DNA of 64,000 nt from a virus. The first letter of the stretch is position 1, and each line of letters begins with the position of its first letter. This document shows, one piece after another, positions 51,154 through 60,526 of this stretch. The notes under the pieces are model-generated. The model did no database searches, was not told the origin of the DNA, and was given only the letters and a program-made list of their open reading frames with translations. The stretch spans positions 1 through 64,000 of the IMG/VR virus record IMGVR_UViG_3300044697_000009; one strand, given 5' to 3'. Made by a program: the position numbers and the translations under genes.

Positions 51154-51981
51154 TTAGCCATGAGTTTTTAAAATACCTTCTATTATCTGGTACATAGACC
51201 AAACGTACTTACTAAAGGCTACGTCTTCAAGATTTAATTGGTCTATAATCGATTTAATCCAGTCGGGTTTTTTATCAATGTGCTTTACTTCCATAATAAA
51301 GTCGTCATGATTCGTGTACTTAGTACCTAAGTCATGGAATTTATCCCATAGGCCTTGGTTCTTAATGTCTTGTATTACATTGACACTTGGGGTTAATAAC
51401 GCTAGAGGTGAGATGTTTTGATCAATAGTTACCCTAAGATCTTCACCGTCTTGATATGCATAACGTTTATAGATGATGTCTACAACAGGACGGAGCTGAT
51501 TCATAATGAATATGTAATTCAATAACTTAGCTTGGGTTACGACATCGTCATGAGGAATGTCTGTATTATATTGGAATAATTCATCATCTATTGGAAGCTC
51601 GGGCTTAGATGACTGAGTCAATGCTTTAAATGCATTAGGACCTATACGAAGACGGTTCTTACGACTATCACCTTGTTGTTTGTATTTACATTCCAAAAAG
51701 ACTTCATCACTCCATTTACCGTTTGGAGCATAGGCTCTAATTCTTATCTTTCTTCTATCATCAAGTCCAGCTAAGTGTTGTTTAAGAAATGTAAAGTCCG
51801 GGCTATCAAAATAAATACTACGATTCAATGTATATACTGTATTAGGCTGAGGAAAGTATAACTCCATGTGTTTTTTAATCTCAGCTTTAACCTCGATATA
51901 ATACTGTTTCTGTACTATATACTTTTGCTCAATTCTATTTAAGTCGATAGAATTACCTTCAGGAATACCAACATTACTCAT
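51154..51981 (-). CDS. VTC-domain (polyphosphate polymerase-like, CYTH superfamily) protein
   Basis: RIEQKY, SIYFDSPD, KIRIRAY, FLECK.K, K.R, Y.R.AY, RVTIDQNI, IMEVK, FSKY. Confidence 0.88.
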   Translation of the reverse strand: MSNVGIPEGNSIDLNRIEQKYIVQKQYYIEVKAEIKKHMELYFPQPNTVYTLNRSIYFDSPDFTFLKQHLAGLDDRRKIRIRAYAPNGKWSDEVFLECKYKQQGDSRKNRLRIGPNAFKALTQSSKPELPIDDELFQYNTDIPHDDVVTQAKLLNYIFIMNQLRPVVDIIYKRYAYQDGEDLRVTIDQNISPLALLTPSVNVIQDIKNQGLWDKFHDLGTKYTNHDDFIMEVKHIDKKPDWIKSIIDQLNLEDVAFSKYVWSMYQIIEGILKTHG

Positions 51982-52204
51982 TATGTGTCCTTTTAATTAC
52001 ACGGAATTTATTACGACGTTTCTTAATCTTTCGTTCACGAAGGTCATCCTTGATTACGACATAGATCATAGTAGATAATCCAATGAGAAACAATAGAATA
52101 AACCCTACGGATTTCAGGCAGACTTCCCCTCGTATTAGTACAAGTACGTCGACTTGCATTAGGAAAACAATAAGAAATACTTCTTTATTGTGACAGGCGA
52201 TCAA
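51974..52204 (-). CDS. Small membrane protein
   Basis: TM plus basic tail; start uncertain. Confidence 0.4.
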   Translation of the reverse strand: MIACHNKEVFLIVFLMQVDVLVLIRGEVCLKSVGFILLFLIGLSTMIYVVIKDDLRERKIKKRRNKFRVIKRTHNE

Positions 52205-52253
52205 GCCTGTATAGATTAACTAACTGTACAACAACAACTGCTGTACTTCACAT

Positions 52254-52265
52254 TACAGTTATTAA
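52254..52265 (-). promoter_or_regulatory. Late promoter variant TTAATAACTGTA
   Basis: One mismatch, intergenic. Confidence 0.6.
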
Positions 52266-52296
52266 TTTAGAGGTATGAAAAACGTATGTTTTTGCA

Positions 52297-52812
52297 TTAT
52301 TTTTTTAGTAATGTTGTAGTTAATTCATTTGTTGCATATACAGGACGTATAGGAGTTAATGAATTTATGTATTTACAAAAGGATTCGGCATCATGTATAT
52401 TATCGAAGTACCCGATAGTACTAGACTTATTCTGAGAATTGACTATATCAACACGTACTAAAGTCTTTGTTTTAGGATCTATTACAATACGAGTCTTGTA
52501 TTTAACAGGTGGGACTTGGTTATAGAGTTTATAGCCTTGAGATTTGTATAAGTCATAATAATAGGATTGACGTATACGTAAGTCTTCAGGACTACAGAAT
52601 TCAAGGATATAGAGTTTTAAGTTACTATAGTATTTATTTAATGATTTGTTACTATGGATACCTTGTTTCATATCCGAGATATGCTTAGACACACTAATTA
52701 GTATATTGTTACTATAACTAATATATAGACTTTTAGTACGATGATGTACGAAGGCATAAACACCAGATTGGGATAATTCTTTCATGTTACTATAATTAGA
52801 TACAAGGACCAT
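52297..52812 (-). CDS. GIY-YIG family endonuclease
   Basis: SGVYAF...LYISYSNNI...H...LYN; degenerate YIG, catalytic Arg not evident. Confidence 0.65.
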   Translation of the reverse strand: MVLVSNYSNMKELSQSGVYAFVHHRTKSLYISYSNNILISVSKHISDMKQGIHSNKSLNKYYSNLKLYILEFCSPEDLRIRQSYYYDLYKSQGYKLYNQVPPVKYKTRIVIDPKTKTLVRVDIVNSQNKSSTIGYFDNIHDAESFCKYINSLTPIRPVYATNELTTTLLKK

Positions 52813-52818
52813 ACAATA

Positions 52819-52830
52819 TATAGTTATTAA
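52819..52830 (-). promoter_or_regulatory. Putative late promoter TTAATAACTATA
   Basis: Exact copy, 6 nt from the ATG. Confidence 0.7.
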
Positions 52831-53530
52831 ATAGAGGTGGTTATATCACCTCGATACGGGAATTTCCATGTAATGAAATCAAGGACTTAGTATGTTACTA
52901 TAGTAGTATTTTTAAAGAAATACATAAGAAATTGGACTTAATGTACCTAAAACATACATTTTTAGTGTTAGAATTATGTTACTATAGTGAAATCCTGTAA
53001 GTGGTTGTATTGACTATAGTTATAACTCTTACCCCTCAGAGACTACCTACCCCCACCTGGCATAATCCTTGCAATAATAGCAATCCCTATACCATATACG
53101 CTATACAATCCCCGACTATTATAATGATAGATACAAAATAATAACATATTGATAATACTATAGTAACACGAAGGTTGTATGTGTTATATACAGTTATAGT
53201 AATTCCCTAATAGTTGTAGATGTACAGAATATGTACTACAGAACGTATACAATCAGATCTAATACGTTTGGGGATGGTTTGGTATGGGATTTGTAACGAG
53301 AAGTGGGTGAGAGATGGAGTTGAGACGAATGTTTAATCTACCCTTCCCTTTACCCTTTGACCTAGACCAGAACGTAGGCAGACATTCCCCTCTTCTTACC
53401 CTTTGCTTGAACTACTGTCTTGACTCCGTCTCTCTTTTCTTGTATATTAGTTATATATTGATTCGTTGATAATGAAACTAAAGTTTTTAAAACATATACC
53501 GATATAGTAACAGAACGTTAGTGAAAGGAT
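52831..53530. other. Non-coding strand-switch region (candidate origin, genome terminus or packaging site)
   Basis: No ORF; TGTTACTATAGT repeats; IHF consensus; purine then pyrimidine tracts. Confidence 0.55.
53058..53073 (+). promoter_or_regulatory. Sigma54-type promoter
   Basis: TGGCATA-ATCC-TTGCA matches the -24/-12 consensus. Confidence 0.6.
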
Positions 53531-53773
53531 TTGAATATGAATACGAAAACAGGTACGATAGTACAGTTATTCCCTAAACCGAAGTATTCCAGCTATAGAA
53601 CGTATTTGAACTCATTGAACGTTGAAGTAGAGCAGGAACGGTCGGGAACTACCAATACCGATATACCTCAACCAGAAGGTTATATCCTAAATATTGACGT
53701 TGAAGAACCTAAATGCGAAGCCTGTAAGCTCTATCTATCGAAATGTTATTGTTTAGGGGGAGATGCATCATGA
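53531..53773 (+). CDS. Hypothetical early protein with Cys cluster
   Basis: AAGGA RBS; CEAC..C.C. Confidence 0.55.
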   Translation: MNMNTKTGTIVQLFPKPKYSSYRTYLNSLNVEVEQERSGTTNTDIPQPEGYILNIDVEEPKCEACKLYLSKCYCLGGDAS

Positions 53774-53961
53774 TTCCAGTATATACGATTACCCATAAAA
53801 CGACCTCACTAACTCATGGAAAAATCTATGTCTATCAAAACCATAAGCTTATATTCGTTAAGACTTGGACTAATCCAAAGACAATTGACTTGATTAAATC
53901 TGAAATCCGTAGTATTATACAGAATAGATACGGAAATGTTATAGAATTGAGGACTGCATGA
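53770..53961 (+). CDS. Hypothetical early protein
   Basis: ATGA overlap with GGGGAG RBS. Confidence 0.5.
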   Translation: MIPVYTITHKTTSLTHGKIYVYQNHKLIFVKTWTNPKTIDLIKSEIRSIIQNRYGNVIELRTA

Positions 53962-54114
53962 CACCGTTTGAAGCATTATGGAGTCTAGGATTGTTAGGAC
54001 TAACGATATACGAAGGTTATGGAATGCCTAACGACCTAGATAAAATCTTTAAAATCTCAGTTGTAACGTTTTTATTTGGTATATACACGACGTTACGTAC
54101 GAAAGGAACACGCC

Positions 54115-54966
54115 ATGACTAAAGACCAAGTATTAAAGCGTATTAAGGGCAACGACCTACGTATTAAGTACAAACCTAGGAAACATACGTTTGAAGCAAG
54201 TAATCTCGTTATAGACGCGAATACAATGCAAGGTTGGTCATACGACTGGTATACAATCTTACATTACTTCGATAAAACGTTGGTGTTAAATACCTATCGT
54301 TATTCACATTCAACTATTAAACACGTATATAAAATCATGAGTCTTTTGGATACATTAGGTTTAAAATACGAATGTCTTGAAGCACCTCAAGGTCTCCAGG
54401 ATTTACATAGTTCAGTATTTTATAATATCAAAGAATTAGCTAAGTTTATCGTGAAACAGAAATATTCGAAAACGAAGATTTACGACTTTAACATTAAAGA
54501 ACAACGAAAACAGTTAAAACTACTGAATAAATTAGGTTTTCCCTATAGTAAAAAAGAATTAGAACTACAGATTGAGGTCGAAGAAAAGAAACGAGACCAA
54601 CGTTTGATTCAACAACGTGAATACCATAAGAAGCGTGCAGCTGAACTATCCGCAAAACGTAAAGAACGAGCTGAAATTTTAAAGAAATTCAAATCATCTA
54701 AGTACGTTCTTATGAGTCTTTGGAACAACCTTGTTACTGTAGTAACCCTTAATAAATTCTTAAGAACACATAATATTGATATTGAAAATTTTTCTAAATA
54801 TTACAATGTGAAAAAAAGTATTTTAGATACACTTGAGAACTACGATTTGTTGAACTCAGAAGCGATAACCTCGCTGAAAAAAGCACAGAATGCATACAAT
54901 GTAATGCAAAAGTTTAAACAGTCTCAAAACGATTATAACGCAGTATATAATGTCGAAGTTGTGTAA
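54115..54966 (+). CDS. Hypothetical basic protein
   Basis: Long ORF; ATG 54115 has AAGGA RBS. Confidence 0.7.
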   Translation: MTKDQVLKRIKGNDLRIKYKPRKHTFEASNLVIDANTMQGWSYDWYTILHYFDKTLVLNTYRYSHSTIKHVYKIMSLLDTLGLKYECLEAPQGLQDLHSSVFYNIKELAKFIVKQKYSKTKIYDFNIKEQRKQLKLLNKLGFPYSKKELELQIEVEEKKRDQRLIQQREYHKKRAAELSAKRKERAEILKKFKSSKYVLMSLWNNLVTVVTLNKFLRTHNIDIENFSKYYNVKKSILDTLENYDLLNSEAITSLKKAQNAYNVMQKFKQSQNDYNAVYNVEVV

Positions 54967-55082
54967 CTATTTAAAAAGGTAGGGAATTTATGCGTAGTTT
55001 ATTTGTAGTATTGTTGACGCTGTTATTTACTGTAGTTGTATATAACTTTACGACTAACGTATTCACGACACAAAATGAAGTC

Positions 55083-55111
55083 TTGACAGTGATCACGAAA
55101 TAATGTAGAAT
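55083..55111 (+). promoter_or_regulatory. Sigma70-type promoter for the tRNA/AAA operon
   Basis: TTGACA-17nt-TAGAAT. Confidence 0.7.
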
Positions 55112-55145
55112 AAATATTATAGAGTATTTTGTATTAGACGATACA

Positions 55146-55218
55146 AGTCCCGTAGCTCAATGGTTAGAGCAGGCTCTTTATAAGGGTCAGGTTGCTGGTT
55201 CGAGTCCAGCCGGGACTA
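55146..55218 (+). tRNA. tRNA-Ile(UAU)
   Basis: Acceptor AGTCCCG/CGGGACT; D arm GCTC/GAGC; anticodon loop TT-TAT-AA; T arm GCTGG-TTCGAGT-CCAGC; discriminator A; no encoded CCA. Confidence 0.9.
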
Positions 55219-55237
55219 TTAAACGAAAGGGTATGAT

Positions 55238-56242
55238 ATGAAACCAAGTGATTTAAGACAATTGATCGAAACACGTTTTAAAGCAGGTATTCGTAGACCA
55301 TTGCACGTCGAATCAAGTCCTGGATTAGGCAAGACTCAAATCCCTGCGCAGATCGCTAAAGACTTAGGTATTGGATTTATTGCAATTCATGCTCCGTTAC
55401 TTCAGCCTGAGGACTACGGGTTTCCTGTCATTAACCAAACGCGTGACGACGTTGATTTCGTTGTTAGTCGCACGAAATTCCCTATTGAGTCGTCCAAATG
55501 CCCTGAGACTGGTATTCTTTTAATTGACGAATTGTCGCAGGCAGATAATTCTGCTCAAAAAATCTTAGCGAATCTTATTCAAGAACGTGAAATCCACGGT
55601 CAACATTTAAAACCCGGGTGGATGATCATTACTACGGGTAATAGAACAACTGACAGAGCAGGTGCGAACCGTTTACTTTCACATCTAAAGAACCGTTTAA
55701 CGACAATTGAACTTGAACCGTCACTTGATGACTGGACTAACTGGGCATTATCAAACGACGTCAAGACTGAAGTCATCTCATTTATTAGGTTTCGCCCTGG
55801 ATTATTGTCAAGTTTTGACCCACAACAAGACGTAAACCCGACACCTAGGTCATGGACTGAAGGTGTATCTGCCGCATTCGGTATTGTCAACCCTGCTCAG
55901 GAATTCCAAGTCTTCAAAGGAGACGTAGGCGAAGGTCCTGCTGCTGAATTCTGCGCATTTCTTAAGATCTACCGTAACCTTCCAAATCCTGATCTCATCG
56001 TAATGAATCCAAAGACTGCCGAAGTCCCTAAAGACCCAGCAACGATGTATGCATTGACAGGTGCATTGAGTACAAGAGCGACGACTGAAAACTTCGTTCG
56101 TATTCTTGAGTACATGAAACGTTTGACACCTGAATTCACTGTATTGTTTGTACGTGATGCATTGCATAAAACTCCAGGAATTGCAAATACAAAAGAATTC
56201 ATTACGTGGGCAGCAGGCGACGGCGCTAAACTCTTAAGCTAA
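55238..56242 (+). CDS. MoxR-like AAA+ ATPase
   Basis: Walker A SSPGLGKT, Walker B LLIDEL, TGNR..DRAG, L.NR, TPRSW. Confidence 0.9.
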   Translation: MKPSDLRQLIETRFKAGIRRPLHVESSPGLGKTQIPAQIAKDLGIGFIAIHAPLLQPEDYGFPVINQTRDDVDFVVSRTKFPIESSKCPETGILLIDELSQADNSAQKILANLIQEREIHGQHLKPGWMIITTGNRTTDRAGANRLLSHLKNRLTTIELEPSLDDWTNWALSNDVKTEVISFIRFRPGLLSSFDPQQDVNPTPRSWTEGVSAAFGIVNPAQEFQVFKGDVGEGPAAEFCAFLKIYRNLPNPDLIVMNPKTAEVPKDPATMYALTGALSTRATTENFVRILEYMKRLTPEFTVLFVRDALHKTPGIANTKEFITWAAGDGAKLLS

Positions 56243-56345
56243 GGTACTGTATGGAATATTTAAGCTTGATTAATACTTATTTCGAGTTTATAATAGTTGT
56301 AGTCGTAGTCATCGTATTATGTTTTATTGATTAACGAGGTATATA

Positions 56346-57178
56346 TGCTTAATGAAAAAGCTGTATTAGTGAATCTTAAGATCTCCCAGTGGACTGGTCG
56401 GAAGTTTGATAAACGTGCAACGTCAACGGTCGTAACGACGCATAACACTGACGTACAGGCAGGTAACTATTCAAAGAAACTCTTACCCGGAGCAAAAGAA
56501 CTTGACGCAATACAGAATACGTCAGCTAACATACGTAGCTTTTTTTATCAACAAACGTTGCCTTGGTGTAACGAAGGCTCTAGAATCCTTGCTAGTTCAA
56601 ATTACCTAGGTTTCACTAACGCGATTCGTACCCATAAATCAGAATTCGAAACCGCTGTCAAGGAGTTTATTAAAAAATACCCAGAACTTAAGGACATGGC
56701 CAAGACTAAACTCGGTGATTTGTTCAACGACTACGAATACCCAGACGTTGCGACACTTCAAAACTCGTTTGGTTGCGAAGTTTCCTACATGCCGGTGCCT
56801 ACAGTTGGTGACTTCCGCGTTGAGTTAACGCCTGAAGAAAAACAGAACTTCGAAAAACAAATTAAACTTGCTGAGACTCAGGCATTAAACGACGTATGGC
56901 AACGTTTAAACTCGGTCGTATCAAAAGCAGTTGATAAACTAAAGTCTCCTGATGCCGTGTTTCGTGATTCACTAATTGAGAATATTCAAGATTTATGTAA
57001 CCTTTTGCCAAGACTTAATGTCACTGAAAACGAAAACGTTGAGAAAATGCGGCAAGACGTACAAAAAATTGTTGACAGCATTAGCGCTGAAGATTGTAGA
57101 AAAATCCCCGAAGTCCGTTCACATGCCGCCGAACGCCTTGATGAAGCAATGAAACGTATGTCTGGGTTTATTTCATGA
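56346..57178 (+). CDS. DUF3150-like helical protein
   Basis: LVNLKISQWTGRK.D, TLPW...G.R, F...YP, YP; lies between AAA and vWA genes. Confidence 0.6.
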
Positions 57179-57378
57179 AACCTTTGACTGAACTCGAATA
57201 CAAACTTTTAACGCCGGGCATGAAAGTTAAGTGTATTGATCATACACTTACAACGAGTCTTGAAAAATATAAAATCTATAAAGTAAAAACTATATGTTTT
57301 AATTGTATTGTTGTTGAAGAAACTCCGCATTTTTTACCGTTTGCTTATTCTAGATTTACGTTAGATTTAGGGGAATAA
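57175..57378 (+). CDS. FTLDL-family small protein, copy 1
   Basis: L.PG.KVKC...IY...RFTLDL. Confidence 0.7.
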   Translation: MKPLTELEYKLLTPGMKVKCIDHTLTTSLEKYKIYKVKTICFNCIVVEETPHFLPFAYSRFTLDLGE

Positions 57379-57380
57379 CT

Positions 57381-58499
57381 ATGAACGAAAAGATTTCAAA
57401 AGCAAAAGCATTGCTGGTACTTGATCAACCGTTTTTCGCAAGTCTCCTTTTGACGATGCCGATTCATGAAGACAAAAAGATTACTACAATGGCAACAAAC
57501 GGCGATTGGATCAAGTTTAACCCAGAATTCGTTGATAAATTATCGATTCAAGAACTTATCTTTGTCCTAGCGCATGAAACAATGCACTGCGTTTTCCAGC
57601 ACATGCTTAGACGTGGGGATAAAAACCATAATAAATACAATATTGCGGGGGATTATGTCATTAACGATCATTTGATTCGCGAACATGTAGGCGAAATGCC
57701 TCATGGCGGACTTCATAACCCCCAGTTAGTACAAGAAGGCAATGGGACGACTGAAGGCGTTTATGCCTTATTACCTAAGGAAGACGAACAAAAAACAGCG
57801 GGCAACATGGGTCAAGGTGGAAGCATGGATGAAGTCGAGTCCGATGACTTGACCCAGGCAGAAGCAAATCAAAAGTCTGAAGAAATGCGAGTCAAGGTTA
57901 TTCAGGCAAAGAACGCGGCTAAGACGTGTGGCAAATTCTCAGCAGGCCTTGAGAGACTCGTTAATGATTTAACCCGCCCTAGAATTGACTGGAGAACAGT
58001 ATTGAGACGATTCTTAAGCGATCGGGCAAAAGTTGATCTGAGTTATGCAAAACCTAAGCGGCGTTTCATGGCCGACGACGTAAACCTGCCAAGTCTGTTA
58101 GGTGAGCAGTTAGGTGAAATCGTCATTGCAGTTGATTGTTCAGGCAGTATTGATGACAAACTTCTAAACGAGTTTGGTACTGAAATTTCAAGTATCAAAG
58201 AAGACACAAAACCAGTGAAAGTCCACGTAATTTATTTTGATTCTGAAGTCCTAAGGCATGATGAATTCTCAAGAGACGACGACCTTCGCATCAACGCATG
58301 CGGTGGCGGTGGGACGGCATTCTCACCCGTGTTTAGATATATCCAAAACAAAAACATTAGCCCTGTGGCATGTGTATTTTTGACTGATCTTCAGTGCAAT
58401 GACTTCGGTCAAACACCGAGTTACAATGTAATGTGGGCATCGACTGACAATGGCAATGCGCCGTTTGGTGAAATCTTATTATTGAAAGATGCCGCATGA
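57381..58499 (+). CDS. Metallopeptidase (HExxH) plus vWA domain protein (DUF2201-like)
   Basis: T.ATNG, LAHETMH...H..R, NIAGDYVIN; MIDAS VDCSGS, GGGGTAF, FLTD. Confidence 0.9.
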   Translation: MNEKISKAKALLVLDQPFFASLLLTMPIHEDKKITTMATNGDWIKFNPEFVDKLSIQELIFVLAHETMHCVFQHMLRRGDKNHNKYNIAGDYVINDHLIREHVGEMPHGGLHNPQLVQEGNGTTEGVYALLPKEDEQKTAGNMGQGGSMDEVESDDLTQAEANQKSEEMRVKVIQAKNAAKTCGKFSAGLERLVNDLTRPRIDWRTVLRRFLSDRAKVDLSYAKPKRRFMADDVNLPSLLGEQLGEIVIAVDCSGSIDDKLLNEFGTEISSIKEDTKPVKVHVIYFDSEVLRHDEFSRDDDLRINACGGGGTAFSPVFRYIQNKNISPVACVFLTDLQCNDFGQTPSYNVMWASTDNGNAPFGEILLLKDAA

Positions 58500-58705
58500 A
58501 ACCGTTAGATGAAATCTCTTTGAAGTTTTTAAAGCCCGGCACGAAACTTAAATGTATTAATGCCATATATGAATTGAGAAATGGAGAAATATACGAATTT
58601 ATGGAAATTTATTCCATTAACAATGGAAATATAACAATTAATTTAAAAAATGTTAAACATACTTATTTCATTAACCGTTTTACACTAGACTTGGGATGTG
58701 AATGA
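58496..58705 (+). CDS. FTLDL-family small protein, copy 2
   Basis: LKFLKPGTKLKC...EIYEF...RFTLDL. Confidence 0.7.
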   Translation: MKPLDEISLKFLKPGTKLKCINAIYELRNGEIYEFMEIYSINNGNITINLKNVKHTYFINRFTLDLGCE

Positions 58706-59349
58706 AAGCATTTAATAACAATACTTACATAAAACAAGAGATCGTGGGAAATCTAGTAAAATCAAGATTCACATCTCAAAACATTACACTACAAACGGAT
58801 TCATTACCGAAGTGGTTAGTCTTTTATTTAAATTGCCAACCTGATAAAAATAGAATTCTTGAAGTCATCAACGCTATAGAGCCGGGAATGGACTTAGATA
58901 ATATAAAGCAGTTATTCATGATTCATGTCCTTGAATTCTCACTACTTCAGTTCGATCATTCAAAAAATCTGAAAGTTAAAAAAGCGATTATACAAGTAAT
59001 AAATCTTTATAAACAAAACAATACTGACAAAAAAAAATGGAATGCCGCTCAATCCGCCGCTTATGCCGCCTCTAATGCTACTTATGCCGCTAATGCCATT
59101 AATGCCGCTTATGCCGCTAATGCCGCCTATGCCGCCTCTAATGCTACTTATGCCGCTAATGCCGCCGCCTATGCCGCCTCTAATGCTACTTATGCCGCTA
59201 ATGCCGCTAATGCCGCCGCCTATGCCGCCGCCTATGCCGCCGCTAATGCTACTTATGCCGCTTGTGCCGCCGCTTATGCCGCCGCTCAAAACAGGTTATT
59301 AGACTACTTAATTAAATTAATACAAGACTTAAAGGTAAATGCTGCATGA
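58702..59349 (+). CDS. Protein with Ala/Tyr/Asn repeat tract
   Basis: AAYAA/NATYAAN repeats ending QNRLL..LI.L. Confidence 0.7.
   Translation: MKAFNNNTYIKQEIVGNLVKSRFTSQNITLQTDSLPKWLVFYLNCQPDKNRILEVINAIEPGMDLDNIKQLFMIHVLEFSLLQFDHSKNLKVKKAIIQVINLYKQNNTDKKKWNAAQSAAYAASNATYAANAINAAYAANAAYAASNATYAANAAAYAASNATYAANAANAAAYAAAYAAANATYAACAAAYAAAQNRLLDYLIKLIQDLKVNAA
59041..59286 (+). repeat. Degenerate coding tandem repeat (AAT/TAT-GCC-GCN)
   Basis: TATGCCGCCTCTAATGCTACTTATGCCGCTAATGCC occurs three times. Confidence 0.9.
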
Positions 59350-59570
59350 CTCCTATAACTAAAGACATGCTCATATATTTACAACGTGGGACGAAGGTAA
59401 AAAGCCTTGAAAATAGAGGCCACAGGGAAATTGGATTAGTAAAAGATAAGATTTATACGATTAATAGAATTTATCCTACAGAAAGTTTAGATGGATATCT
59501 TTCATTACAAGAAGTTCCTAGTCCTATTTATTTATCAACTAGATTTACATTGGACTTAGAGGAAAAATGA
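59346..59570 (+). CDS. FTLDL-family small protein, copy 3
   Basis: YLQRGTKVKS...KIYTI...RFTLDLE. Confidence 0.7.
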   Translation: MTPITKDMLIYLQRGTKVKSLENRGHREIGLVKDKIYTINRIYPTESLDGYLSLQEVPSPIYLSTRFTLDLEEK

Positions 59571-59749
59571 AACTATTATTAATCCTAGTATTGACTTTTC
59601 TTATAAGTTGTGCTCAGCCCGTTGAATTTTCAACTATTACCCAACCTGTGATTCAATATTGTACCAAACAATGCCAAAACTACGGCAGAACGTTGGACTT
59701 CATAGTAATTTATCCAAATGATCAGGGCGATATGTGTCAATGTAATTAA
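59567..59749 (+). CDS. Small Cys-rich lipoprotein
   Basis: Lipobox-like LISC after a hydrophobic leader. Confidence 0.6.
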   Translation: MKLLLILVLTFLISCAQPVEFSTITQPVIQYCTKQCQNYGRTLDFIVIYPNDQGDMCQCN

Positions 59750-59877
59750 TCTAAATATTTTCTTTGACTTTCTAAAACTAATTCGATACAACGTGTTCAG
59801 TGTCTGTCAGGTAGCTGATAGCTATTAAAGCTATTAGTGGGGGTGGGGTTGTTCCGTGACCCCCGACTAAGGAAAAT

Positions 59878-60159
59878 ATGAAGATCACAAACACGATGCT
59901 AAAAGAATACCTAGACCTTAAGCAAGAACAAAAACGTATTGAAGCCCGACTACTTGAAATCAAATCAGAAATCATTGAACAAGGTGGCTGTCAGACTCAA
60001 GATTACGTTGCAGGTATAAGAGTCCAGCCTCGTCGAGTCCTGGCTAGTATTGAGACGTTTGAAGACTTATTAGGCGAATTCTACATGACTAGAAATAATC
60101 TAGTGAATACAATACAGGTCACCTACGTTGACGTAGTTAAACGCCCAAACCGGCCATAA
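59878..60159 (+). CDS. Hypothetical protein
   Basis: AAGGA RBS; N-terminal coiled coil. Confidence 0.6.
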   Translation: MKITNTMLKEYLDLKQEQKRIEARLLEIKSEIIEQGGCQTQDYVAGIRVQPRRVLASIETFEDLLGEFYMTRNNLVNTIQVTYVDVVKRPNRP

Positions 60160-60228
60160 CTTTAACACTTTCATAGTACTTTAAAGCAATATAACCCTAT
60201 AGTATGAGAGTTGCATACTTAGTTTTGT

Positions 60229-60405
60229 ATGCCTGCTGTAGTCGTTAAACAATTCTCAGTCTATCTCTACGATAAATTCTCAATCATTCTTCGTGTCGGT
60301 GACCAATTAATAGTTGATACTTCTGAAGGCATTGCATGGCGCCCCGGCTATGAACAATATACTTTTGACATTTCGACTGAAGAATACAGACTAATAGATA
60401 ACTGA
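60229..60405 (+). CDS. Small hypothetical protein (58 aa, not in ORF track)
   Basis: MPAVVVKQF...RVGD; follows a sigma54-like TAGTATG-N4-TTGCA. Confidence 0.5.
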   Translation: MPAVVVKQFSVYLYDKFSIILRVGDQLIVDTSEGIAWRPGYEQYTFDISTEEYRLIDN

Positions 60406-60464
60406 CAATCGCCGCACATTGACAATTTTTGTCAAGTCCTAAGGCTTATATTCAATTCCTAGAC

Positions 60465-60480
60465 TGGCATGTATCCTGCA
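60465..60480 (+). promoter_or_regulatory. Sigma54-type promoter
   Basis: TGGCATG-TATC-CTGCA upstream of a gene with AAGGAG RBS. Confidence 0.6.
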
Positions 60481-60526
60481 CATAATATAAAATTATTATT
60501 AACTTCCATATAAAGGAGAAAAATTT

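Noticed and set aside
58960-59302. ORFs 58960-59289 (-) and 59042-59302 (+)
   Set aside because: Alternative frames of the GCC-rich repeat; no RBS
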